The notes under the pieces are model-generated. The model searched no databases, was not told where the DNA came from, and was given only the letters and a program-made list of their open reading frames with translations. A DNA stretch of 43,447 nucleotides from an uncultured Rhodobacterales bacterium (GTDB taxonomy: Bacteria; Pseudomonadota; Alphaproteobacteria; Puniceispirillales; Marisalimonadaceae): NCBI GenBank assembly GCA_964633395.1, contig CAZWGZ010000003.1:1-43447 (forward strand), given 5' to 3'. Made by a program: the position numbers and the translations under genes. Of the stretch, positions 1 through 7,967 are shown piece by piece (within the stretch, counting starts at the first letter, position 1; each line of letters starts with the position of its first letter).

Positions 1-628
1 TATTAATTAGAACAATTTCATCTGCAATTTGAGATATTTCTTCAATAGAATGCGTTACGTATAAAATTGGTATTTTATTTTGTTTATTAAATGCTTTAAG
101 AAATCGTATTAATTTAGCTTTATATCTTATATCTAAGTCTGACATAGGTTCGTCTAAAAGAAGATAGTCTGGCTGAGATAAAATAGTTCTTGCCAACGCA
201 ACCCTAAGTTTTTCTCCTCCAGATAAATTAGTAGGAAATCTTTTTAAAAGAGTTTCTAGATCAAGAGATTTTATTAAATCTGTTTTTTCAATATTAATAT
301 ATTTTTTATTTTGTGGCTTAACTCTCTTAACTGCAAAATCAAGATTTTGGCTTACAGTTAAGTGTTCAAATAATTGAGGATCTTGAAACATTGTTCCAAT
401 TGCTCTTTTATAAGATGGTATTTTTTGTTTGCCTTCCAAATCCTGACCATTTAAAATAATAGATATTTCAAGATTTCTGAAAAAACCTCCAATAGCAGAA
501 ATAATTGAACTTTTACCGGAGCCATTAGGACCATATAGAACCGTTATTCCTTCTGATTTAAAATCATGCTCAAAATTTAAATTAAAATTTCCTAATTGAC
601 CTTTAATTTTTACAAACAAGCTTGTCAC
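1..628 (-). CDS. modC: ABC transporter ATP-binding protein, molybdate type (N-terminal ~209 aa; C-terminus runs off the window start)
   Basis: Not in the ORF track because it is truncated by the window edge. My minus-strand translation from GTG at 628-626 gives VTSLFVKIKGQLGNFNLNFEHDFKSEGITVLYGPNGSGKSS... It contains Walker A GPNGSGKS, ABC signature LSGGEKLRVALAR, Walker B LLLDEP and H-loop YVTHS. The start overlaps the modB stop (TAGTG). The ModC call rests on the adjacent ModB-like permease. Confidence 0.7.
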   Translation of the reverse strand, partial: MTSLFVKIKGQLGNFNLNFEHDFKSEGITVLYGPNGSGKSSIISAIGGFFRNLEISIILNGQDLEGKQKIPSYKRAIGTMFQDPQLFEHLTVSQNLDFAVKRVKPQNKKYINIEKTDLIKSLDLETLLKRFPTNLSGGEKLRVALARTILSQPDYLLLDEPMSDLDIRYKAKLIRFLKAFNKQNKIPILYVTHSIEEISQIADEIVLIN

Positions 629-1320
629 TATTTAACTCGCACTGATATATTTTTATTTGATAAATATAAACATAGTAAAATTATAAATGATATTACTAGC
701 ATTCCTCCTGCAAGATAATGAGCCTTAGCAAATGATAATTGCTCAACATGATCATAAATGGAAATTGCAATAACTTTTGTTTTACCATGAATTCCTCCTC
801 CAACCATTAGAACAATTCCAAATTCTCCCATTGTGTGTGCAAACGATAGAATGAATGATGTTAAAAATCCTCTTCTACATAAAGGTAAAATTACATTAAA
901 AAAGGTGTCAAATGGTCCTGCCCCAAGGCTATTTGAAGTTTGAATTGTCTGTTTCCCAATATTTTCAAAGGAAGATTGTAAAGGTTGGACCCAAAATGGG
1001 AGGGAGTAAATAATAGAAGCCAGTACTAGCCCATAAAAAGAAAAAACAAGCTGTTCACCTGTTAATAAAATAAAGAACTGCCCTAGCTTTGTATCTGGAC
1101 TAAAAAATATTATTAAATAAAATCCAATAACAGTTGGAGGTAAAACTAAAGGTAATGTTACAATTGATTCTATAATTGATTTACCTTTACTCGAACTAAA
1201 TGCTAAAAAATAGGCAATAGGTGTTCCTATAATGGCAAGGCAAATGCATGTTGTTAAGGCAAGTTTTAGCGTAACTAAAAGCGCTATTATATCAGAATGA
1301 GATAAGTTTAAAATTTCCAT
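628..1320 (-). CDS. modB: Molybdate ABC transporter permease
   Basis: 230-aa polytopic membrane ORF. LPLVLPPTVIGFYL and SLGAGPFDTFFNVILPL...EFGIVLMVGG match the regions I recall from E. coli ModB (LPLVLPPVVVGYLL; TLGAGRWRVFFTITLPL). It is translationally coupled to the downstream ATPase. Confidence 0.75.
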   Translation of the reverse strand: MEILNLSHSDIIALLVTLKLALTTCICLAIIGTPIAYFLAFSSSKGKSIIESIVTLPLVLPPTVIGFYLIIFFSPDTKLGQFFILLTGEQLVFSFYGLVLASIIYSLPFWVQPLQSSFENIGKQTIQTSNSLGAGPFDTFFNVILPLCRRGFLTSFILSFAHTMGEFGIVLMVGGGIHGKTKVIAISIYDHVEQLSFAKAHYLAGGMLVISFIILLCLYLSNKNISVRVK

Positions 1321-1403
1321 TTTTAAAAACTACTTTATTACAATTATATTGGTAAAATTTTTAAAATCTTATATAATTAGCAAGTTACACACAGGAGCAT
1401 AAA

Positions 1404-2291
1404 ATGTCATTTATAAAAACTGATGATGATGTAAAATTATTTTATGAATCTACTGGAGAAGGTGAACCAATTATATTTGTTCACGAATTTGCAGGAGATT
1501 ATAGGAGCTGGGAGCCTCAAGTAAATTATTTTTCAAGGTATAATCGATGTATTACATATAATGCTAGAGGCTATTATCCTTCAGATGTACCAAAAGAAGA
1601 AATTTCTTATAGCCAAGAAAGAGCATGGAAAGATATAATTTGTATCATGGATAAACTAGATATAGAAAAAGCACATATAGTTGGATTATCTATGGGAGGA
1701 TTTGCAACTTTACATTTTGGCATTAATGAACCTGAGCGAGCTAAAAGTTTAGTTATTGCAGGCTGTGGATATGGAGCTATTCCTATTGATAAAGCAACGT
1801 ATGATAAAAAAGCTAACTTCTCATCAGTGGCGTTAGAGACTGCTAAAAATATTATACAAAAAGGTATGAATAAAGTGGGCGCCGAATATGCATTAGGACC
1901 TTCAAGAGTTCAGTTTCAGAATAAAGATCCCAAAGGTTGGCAATTATTTAATGATTTTTTAATTAATCATGATGCCATAGGTTCGGCTAACACTCTGTTA
2001 GGTGTTCAAAATAAAAGACCTAATCTATATGAACTAGAAAAAGAAATTTCTAATATTAAAACTCCTACTCTAATTATTAATGGAGATGAGGATGATATGT
2101 GCCTTGAGGTTGGATTATTTCTAAAAAGAACAATTAAAACATCAGGTTTATTTATTGTCCCTAAAACTGGTCACACTATAAACTTAGAAGAACCAAATTT
2201 GTTTAATAACTCCCTTTCAGAATTTTACTCTGCAATCAATGCAAAGAGTTGGAACGAACGAGACCAAAGAGCTAATATAATAAAAGTATAG
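1404..2291 (+). CDS. Alpha/beta-fold hydrolase
   Basis: 295 aa. It has the oxyanion region FVHEFAGD, the nucleophile elbow GLSMGG and C-terminal TGHTINLEEP (catalytic His). AGGAG lies upstream of the ATG. Confidence 0.75.
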   Translation: MSFIKTDDDVKLFYESTGEGEPIIFVHEFAGDYRSWEPQVNYFSRYNRCITYNARGYYPSDVPKEEISYSQERAWKDIICIMDKLDIEKAHIVGLSMGGFATLHFGINEPERAKSLVIAGCGYGAIPIDKATYDKKANFSSVALETAKNIIQKGMNKVGAEYALGPSRVQFQNKDPKGWQLFNDFLINHDAIGSANTLLGVQNKRPNLYELEKEISNIKTPTLIINGDEDDMCLEVGLFLKRTIKTSGLFIVPKTGHTINLEEPNLFNNSLSEFYSAINAKSWNERDQRANIIKV

Positions 2292-2299
2292 AAAAAAGA

Positions 2300-2785
2300 T
2301 TAATCTCTAAAGTTTTCATATTGAAGCGGATGAGTTAAATCTAACTCTTTTATTAATTGTATAGCGTTTTGTAAATCGTCTCTCTTTTTACCAGACACCC
2401 TTACTTCATCGCCTTGAATGGATGTTTGAGTTTTGCTTTTAGAAGCTTTGATCGCTTTTATAATCTTTTGTGCAGTTTCACGATCAACTCCTTGTTTAAT
2501 TAAAACGGTTTGCCTAATAGAACTCCCCGTAGCAGCTTCAGGTTTTTCAAACTCTAAGGCTCCAGTATCAATCTTCTTTCTTGTTAAATGTGTAACAAGA
2601 AGTTCTTCCACCTGTTTTCTTTTAAGTTCGTCATCAGCTTTTATTACAAATTTATCGTCTTGAAGCTCAACCTCACAAACACTCCCTTTAAAATCATATC
2701 TTGTATTAATTTCTTTTTTGACACCATCTAACGCATTTTGAACTGATGGCATATCTATTTTACTTACAATATCAAAACTAGGCAT
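2300..2785 (-). CDS. yajQ: YajQ-family nucleotide/c-di-GMP-binding protein (UPF0234)
   Basis: MPSFDIVSKIDMPSVQNALDGVKKEI...RYDFKG is the characteristic YajQ N-terminus. I moved the start from the track's 2800 to the ATG at 2785 (MPSFD), giving the typical ~161 aa. Confidence 0.85.
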   Translation of the reverse strand: MPSFDIVSKIDMPSVQNALDGVKKEINTRYDFKGSVCEVELQDDKFVIKADDELKRKQVEELLVTHLTRKKIDTGALEFEKPEAATGSSIRQTVLIKQGVDRETAQKIIKAIKASKSKTQTSIQGDEVRVSGKKRDDLQNAIQLIKELDLTHPLQYENFRD

Positions 2786-2929
2786 GACGCTTTTCTCCAA
2801 TTAAAAACTATCTAAACATTATAATCTTAATTAAATTAATTCTCAAACAATCTAAAAAAAAGTTGATAGATCTTTTGTAAAATTATAGATTACAGTTAAT
2901 ATTTTAACTCTACATTATTGCTTTATAAA

Positions 2930-3727
2930 ATGGATATTATTTTCAAATTAATTTTACTTATTCCTTTATTGCTAAGCTTGCTTTTTTCATGGTCTGAATT
3001 TGGCTTTTGGTTGCTTATTCCTTTGTGGGTAATTTTTGGATTAATTGACGTCTCTAGGCATAAAACAATGAACTTTAAGTTAATTAAAGAGTATTTTATG
3101 GGCAAAGGTGTTTTAACTTTTCTTCTTTCTCCATTAAACTTGTTAACTGACTTATTGTCACATAGAAACCTTCATACTTTTAAGGTTAATGATCTTCCTC
3201 CAGCCCATCAGAATGAAATCAATGAAGTTATTGAGCTTTTTGATAAAAACTCAAAACAAATTGCCAACCGCTTTAAAGAAGCTACAAACGATAATAGAAC
3301 TATGCTTTTTTATAAATGGTATGGTTACAAACTCGATGAATCAATCCTAGATTTTAATAAAGATTATAAATATATCAAAACTATAGGAGTTTCATTATTT
3401 AGAGAAAAAACATCTACATCAAGGCATTTTGGACCATTGAGAGCTACTTTTAGAATTTTGTATAATTTTAATAAGGTTAAAAATGAAGGATCATATATTG
3501 AAGCTGATGGACGTATTAATAAATGGAAACATAGTCCAATATTTATTTTTGACGACACCCTTATCCATCAAAGCTTTAACGAAGAAGATGATTTAAGATA
3601 TTGTGCTTTTATAGATATTATTAGACCTTCATATTTTGAAAATATTATGAAAATCATTTTATCCTCAGTAGGATTTCTTTTAAAAAATACCAGAAGTATT
3701 TTTTATAAAAACTGGAAAATGATTTAA
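2930..3727 (+). CDS. Membrane-anchored aspartyl/asparaginyl beta-hydroxylase-family (LpxO-like) Fe(II)/2OG oxygenase, putative
   Basis: There are two N-terminal hydrophobic segments. The C-terminal region SRHFGP...W...FIFDDTLIHQSFNEEDDLRYCAFIDIIRP resembles the family pattern (FDD..H.A.N......R..L..D..RP). The track start at 2918 is TTG; I prefer the ATG at 2930. Confidence 0.5.
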   Translation: MDIIFKLILLIPLLLSLLFSWSEFGFWLLIPLWVIFGLIDVSRHKTMNFKLIKEYFMGKGVLTFLLSPLNLLTDLLSHRNLHTFKVNDLPPAHQNEINEVIELFDKNSKQIANRFKEATNDNRTMLFYKWYGYKLDESILDFNKDYKYIKTIGVSLFREKTSTSRHFGPLRATFRILYNFNKVKNEGSYIEADGRINKWKHSPIFIFDDTLIHQSFNEEDDLRYCAFIDIIRPSYFENIMKIILSSVGFLLKNTRSIFYKNWKMI

Positions 3728-3743
3728 CTTATACAAACTATGC

Positions 3744-4883
3744 TTATCTATTAGGAACTAAAATCTGTCTAACAACTTCACCTTTTGATAGTTTATCAAA
3801 TCCTTCATTTAAGTCTTTAAAACCAATTTTTCCATCTATTAATTTATCAACTGGCAGACGACCTTGTTGGAATAAACTTAAAAATCTTGGAACATCGCGA
3901 ACAGGAACACATGATCCCATGTAACTTCCTAAAATAGATTTTTCCTGAGCAACCAAATCACCATGATTAAAGCTAAATTGAGTATTCGCTGGAGACAGGC
4001 CCGCAGTAACAATAGCTCCTCCATAACGAACAATTGCATAAGCTGTATTCATAGCAGGAATAACACCTGCTAGATCAATTGCAAAATCAACACCTCCATT
4101 TGTTAAATCCCTAATTGCTTCAACAGTATCTTGATTTCTACTATCAAAACAATGAGTGGCTCCTAACTCTTTTGCACGACTAAATTTTGAAGGATCAATA
4201 TCAATAGCTATTATAGTCTCTGCTCCCCCAAGTTTAGCTCCCATAATACCATTTAAACCAACTCCTCCTAGACCAATAATAGCGACCGAATCACCTGGCC
4301 TTATTCTTGCTGTATTAATAACCGCTCCAACACCAGTCATGACAGCGCAACCAAATAAAGCAGCATCCTCAATATTAATAGATTTATCAATCACTACAAC
4401 TGATCCTCTATCAACAACAGCGTATTCTGACATACATGAAATACCTGTATGATGATTTAAGACATCACCATTTAAATCAGAAAGTCTACTTCCACCTGAC
4501 ATTAATTGTCCTTTACCCTTAGTTGAAGCGGCTAATTCACATACTTGAGGCCTCCCTTCAAGACAGCGCCTACATCTGCCGCAAGAAGGGGAAAATTGAA
4601 AGGAAACATGGTCACCTACTTTTATATCACTAATAGCATTTCCAATTTCAATGACCTCGCCTGATCCTTCATGGCCAATGACTAATGGTAAAGGCATTAA
4701 TCTCGATCCATTTATAACTGATAGGTCAGAATGGCATAGTCCAGCACCTTTTACTTGAACCAGAATTTCATTCGCAAGTGGAGGAGATATTTTAATTTCT
4801 TCAATAGATAAAGGTTTTGAAAATTTATATGGCTCTACTGCAGTATTAGTTCGAATAACAGCTGCTTTACAGGTAATTGACAT
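3744..4883 (-). CDS. Zn-dependent medium-chain alcohol dehydrogenase (class III-like architecture)
   Basis: 379 aa. It has the catalytic Zn ligand motifs GLCHSDLS and GHEGSGEV, the structural-Zn Cys cluster CGRCRRCLEGRPQVC and the Rossmann motif GLGGVGLNG. Its ATG overlaps the stop of the NHase accessory gene (TAATG at 4881-4885). Confidence 0.85.
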   Translation of the reverse strand: MSITCKAAVIRTNTAVEPYKFSKPLSIEEIKISPPLANEILVQVKGAGLCHSDLSVINGSRLMPLPLVIGHEGSGEVIEIGNAISDIKVGDHVSFQFSPSCGRCRRCLEGRPQVCELAASTKGKGQLMSGGSRLSDLNGDVLNHHTGISCMSEYAVVDRGSVVVIDKSINIEDAALFGCAVMTGVGAVINTARIRPGDSVAIIGLGGVGLNGIMGAKLGGAETIIAIDIDPSKFSRAKELGATHCFDSRNQDTVEAIRDLTNGGVDFAIDLAGVIPAMNTAYAIVRYGGAIVTAGLSPANTQFSFNHGDLVAQEKSILGSYMGSCVPVRDVPRFLSLFQQGRLPVDKLIDGKIGFKDLNEGFDKLSKGEVVRQILVPNR

Positions 4884-5248
4884 TAAATTTTCCTACTCTT
4901 TATTTTAACAGGTTCACCATGAGGGGTTGATAAATAAGCTTGCGTCCAATCATCTTTTAATAAAGATAATACTTGTAAACTTCCCATATTTTTTAATACT
5001 ATAATTTGCTCTAATGCAGTTAACCAACAATTGAAATAATCATCATTTCCATCTAAGACAGTTAATTTTAACCTTGCTTTATTTAATGATTCACCAAAAA
5101 TTTCAACAAATTCATTCCATAAAAAATTTCCTTGTTCTGACAATTGAATAGTCATAGCAAATAATTGACTATGCCATGGACTTTGGAAAACCATGTCTTT
5201 TTGAACAATTTTTAGATAAGGTAAATTATAATCTGATTTTGTACTCAT
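4883..5248 (-). CDS. Nitrile hydratase accessory (activator) protein
   Basis: 121 aa. F.SPWHSQLFAMTIQLSEQGNFLWNEFVEIFG...YFNCWLTALEQI...W.QAYLSTPHGEPVKI matches the pattern of NHase accessory proteins, which are homologous to the N-terminal part of the beta subunit. It lies directly downstream of the beta subunit. Confidence 0.8.
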   Translation of the reverse strand: MSTKSDYNLPYLKIVQKDMVFQSPWHSQLFAMTIQLSEQGNFLWNEFVEIFGESLNKARLKLTVLDGNDDYFNCWLTALEQIIVLKNMGSLQVLSLLKDDWTQAYLSTPHGEPVKIKSRKI

Positions 5249-5266
5249 ATGTCTTTCTCAAAGTTT

Positions 5267-6007
5267 TTATGAATTTTGATGTATTAGATATGGTTCCCAC
5301 AAATCTAAATAAATACTATCTTCACCATCTTCAGCCATTGCACCCCATAACTCTGCACCTTTGAACTCTACTGTATATAATGGCATAGGGTTCTCGCCAT
5401 TCCCATGTGCATTTTTATCAGGTAAAACATGTGTTCCGTGATATGAAACAATTTTACCAATACGCCCCATAACATATGATGGTAATCTTGTATGACCTCC
5501 ATTAACATCCTCATTTGGGCTATAGCTAAGAGCTCTTATCTTATCTCCTACTTTAAATTGAGGGTTAATTTTAGTTTCTCTTAAAGACGGACCACCCCAT
5601 CCTAATGTTTTGGCAACATCTTTTGCTAACCAAGCTCTTTTATCTAATTCTAGATTTTGATTAGGTTTAAAACCTGTTCCTTCAGTCTCAACTAAAGCAA
5701 TAAATTCTTTTAAATCATCTGCTGAAATTATATTTTTATTTACCAAAAGATTAGTGAGTCCGGCCAACCATTTTTCATAATACGAGTAATTCATATAATC
5801 TTTAGGTGGCAAACATTCTCTAAAATGCCGACTTATATCTAGGTTCCATTCACCCAAACCGCCTGCTGCTAGAGTAATTGCCCATGCTTTTGCATGCCAT
5901 TTATATTTAAAAGTTGGTTCATTAATTTCAATTTCATTATTTTTATTCCTAGGAATAGGAATTGGGCCATCACCTAAACGTCCTCCCATATCGTGTAATC
6001 TACTCAT
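5267..6007 (-). CDS. nthB: Nitrile hydratase beta subunit
   Basis: 246 aa. The N-terminus [17 protein letters not shown]...EPTFKYKWH...[14 protein letters not shown] parallels known beta subunits (M.G.HD.GG...EP.F...WE...YYE.WL). There is a 4-nt ATGA overlap with the alpha subunit gene. Confidence 0.9.
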   Translation of the reverse strand: MSRLHDMGGRLGDGPIPIPRNKNNEIEINEPTFKYKWHAKAWAITLAAGGLGEWNLDISRHFRECLPPKDYMNYSYYEKWLAGLTNLLVNKNIISADDLKEFIALVETEGTGFKPNQNLELDKRAWLAKDVAKTLGWGGPSLRETKINPQFKVGDKIRALSYSPNEDVNGGHTRLPSYVMGRIGKIVSYHGTHVLPDKNAHGNGENPMPLYTVEFKGAELWGAMAEDGEDSIYLDLWEPYLIHQNS

Positions 6008-6663
6008 TTAACATTCTCGGGCAAGCCAGTTCCAATCATTGAATTACGCGTTACTAACTCAGCTAATTCACTTTCATTCATGTTTTCAGAACCTTTAGGT
6101 CTCATAGGTAAAACTAAATACCTAAGTTCAGCAGTCGAATCCCATACTTTTACTTTAACTTGGCTATCGATTTCAACTCCAAATTCTGACAAAACTTTTC
6201 TTGGTTCTCTAACCGTTCTTGACCTATATTCATCACTTTTGTACCAAGTTGGAGGAATGCCTAAAACTGGCCAAGGATAACAACTGCATAAGGTACAAAC
6301 TATTATATTATGAATTTCAGGTGTATTTTCTACAACAATCATATTTTCACCTTGTCGTCCTTGATAACTAAGCTCTCTAATTGCAGAAGTTGCATCTGCA
6401 AGTAATCTTTTTTTATAATCATTATCTATCCAGGCCTTGGCAACAACTTTAGCTCCATTTTGAGGGCCTATTTTATTTTCATAAGTATCAATTAATTCAT
6501 CTAATGTTTTAGCATCAACTAAACCTTTACTTAATAGTAATGATTCGATTGCCTTAACTCTTAACTCTGGATCAGATGGTAAGAGCGAATGCGCATCTTC
6601 ATGATCATGACCGTGACCGTGACCGTGACCGTGTGAATGATCTTTATCTTTTGGGTTATCCAT
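6004..6663 (-). CDS. nthA: Nitrile hydratase alpha subunit, cobalt type, with His-rich N-terminal extension
   Basis: 219 aa. The metal-binding claw is [10 protein letters not shown]. The Thr/Tyr variant is characteristic of Co-type enzymes; Fe-type enzymes have CSLCSCT. The N-terminus is [25 protein letters not shown]. Confidence 0.92.
   Translation of the reverse strand: MDNPKDKDHSHGHGHGHGHDHEDAHSLLPSDPELRVKAIESLLLSKGLVDAKTLDELIDTYENKIGPQNGAKVVAKAWIDNDYKKRLLADATSAIRELSYQGRQGENMIVVENTPEIHNIIVCTLCSCYPWPVLGIPPTWYKSDEYRSRTVREPRKVLSEFGVEIDSQVKVKVWDSTAELRYLVLPMRPKGSENMNESELAELVTRNSMIGTGLPENVK
6609..6632. repeat. Perfect hexanucleotide tandem repeat (GACCGT)x4 inside nthA, encoding (His-Gly)n
   Basis: The plus strand reads catgaccgtgaccgtgaccgtgaccgtgtga. 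The minus strand reads CAC GGT CAC GGT CAC GGT CAC GGT, giving HGHGHGHG. The unit length is a multiple of 3, so copy-number changes stay in frame. Confidence 0.95.
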
Positions 6664-6742
6664 AATATTTTACTCATTTTTTTATTTAATTTAATATTAT
6701 TATTAATTTTACCAAAATAACAATTAATTCATTTTATAATTA

Positions 6743-7789
6743 CTATTTAGGTATTAAAACAATTCTTCCATTGACTTTACCAGCCCTTAAATCAGCCATG
6801 GCCTCATTCGCTGTATCTAAATCTTGTTTTTTTATAGTTATTAATTTTGTATTTCCTAATTTAATTATTTCAACTAGTTCCTTTAATTCTCTTAGTTCTC
6901 CAACATAAGAACCTTTTAAGGTAATAGATCTCATTGGTATTAACGGAAGAGAAAGCTTTAATGATCCACCGTACAAGCCTACCACAATTATTAAACCTCC
7001 TTTTTTAACTAAAGACAATCCTAAATCAGTTGTTTCAGGCCTACCTACAAAATCTATTGCAGCCTTCGCACCTATACCAATAATTTTTCGAATTTCTTCT
7101 TGATCATCAGGAGAGAAAACTTTATCAGCGCCTGCTTCAATAGCTTGTTGGCGTTTTGCAGGGTCATTATCTACAACTAAAATTTTAGCTTTATGCACTG
7201 AAGGAGACAATAAAACTCCATTAATACCGACACCACCAGCACCAATAATTATTATCCAATCATCCTCAGAGGTAGCAGGTATTTTTTTCAAAGCGCTATA
7301 AGCAGTTAGTCCTGAGCAAGCATATGGAGCAGCTACCGCTGGATCCATATCTCCATATGAAACTAAATATCGACTATCAGGCACTATTATATGATCGGAG
7401 TATCCTCCATCAAGTCTTGCACCTAAGTATTTTGGCGCTTCACACAAAGTTTCATTTTCTTCTTCGCAAGCATCACATTTACCACAACCTATCCATGGAA
7501 ATACAATTCCACTATCTCCAATATTAGCATTTTTAGCATCTTCACCTATTGCAACTACAGTTCCAGTTATTTCATGGCCAGGCGTAAAGGGTAATTTAGT
7601 TCCTCTATCAGCTAAGGTAATTCTCTTTCCATCTCCTAGATCAAAATAACCATCAGCAAGATGGAGATCACTGTGACAGACTCCACATGCTGAAATTTTA
7701 ACAAGAATTTCTTGACCTCTTGGTTTAGGGTTCTCATATTTTCTTAACTCTAATGGTTTTCCAAAATCAACAACTTGATAACTTTTCAT
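6743..7789 (-). CDS. Zn-dependent medium-chain alcohol dehydrogenase
   Basis: 348 aa. It has GVCHSDLH, GHEITG, the structural Zn cluster CGKCDACEEENETLC and the Rossmann motif GAGGVGINGV. It is co-directional with nthA and 79 nt upstream of it. Confidence 0.85.
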   Translation of the reverse strand: MKSYQVVDFGKPLELRKYENPKPRGQEILVKISACGVCHSDLHLADGYFDLGDGKRITLADRGTKLPFTPGHEITGTVVAIGEDAKNANIGDSGIVFPWIGCGKCDACEEENETLCEAPKYLGARLDGGYSDHIIVPDSRYLVSYGDMDPAVAAPYACSGLTAYSALKKIPATSEDDWIIIIGAGGVGINGVLLSPSVHKAKILVVDNDPAKRQQAIEAGADKVFSPDDQEEIRKIIGIGAKAAIDFVGRPETTDLGLSLVKKGGLIIVVGLYGGSLKLSLPLIPMRSITLKGSYVGELRELKELVEIIKLGNTKLITIKKQDLDTANEAMADLRAGKVNGRIVLIPK

Positions 7790-7967
7790 CTTAAAATACT
7801 CCTAATAAATTTATTATAACCAAGTTTCGTTTTAATTTTTTATGTGGTCTAAAAATTAAATTTTAAGTAGACCTCAATCTATTAAATATTTTTTAAACTT
7901 TATATTTTTTTAGATAAAATAAAGAAAAACCTAATTCACTAAACCCCAATAATGTTATGACATTATT

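Noticed and set aside
4883-6663. An alternative reading of the three NHase genes as a thiocyanate hydrolase (SCNase), which is also a three-subunit, Co-type enzyme homologous to NHase.
   Set aside because: In SCNase the NHase-beta equivalent is split into two short subunits. Here a full-length 246-aa beta subunit is present. The 121-aa protein also ends with the accessory-protein pattern (W..AYLSTPHGEPV). This rests on motifs only and is not proven.
7948-7967. An AT-only hairpin (AATAATGT-TATG-ACATTATT) just downstream of the E1-like gene stop (7968-7970), and a GGTCTA...TAGACC pair at about 7846-7877, considered as possible terminators.
   Set aside because: The first stem is all A/T and immediately abuts the stop codon. 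The second has a 20-nt loop and no U-tract. Neither can be distinguished from chance in AT-rich DNA.
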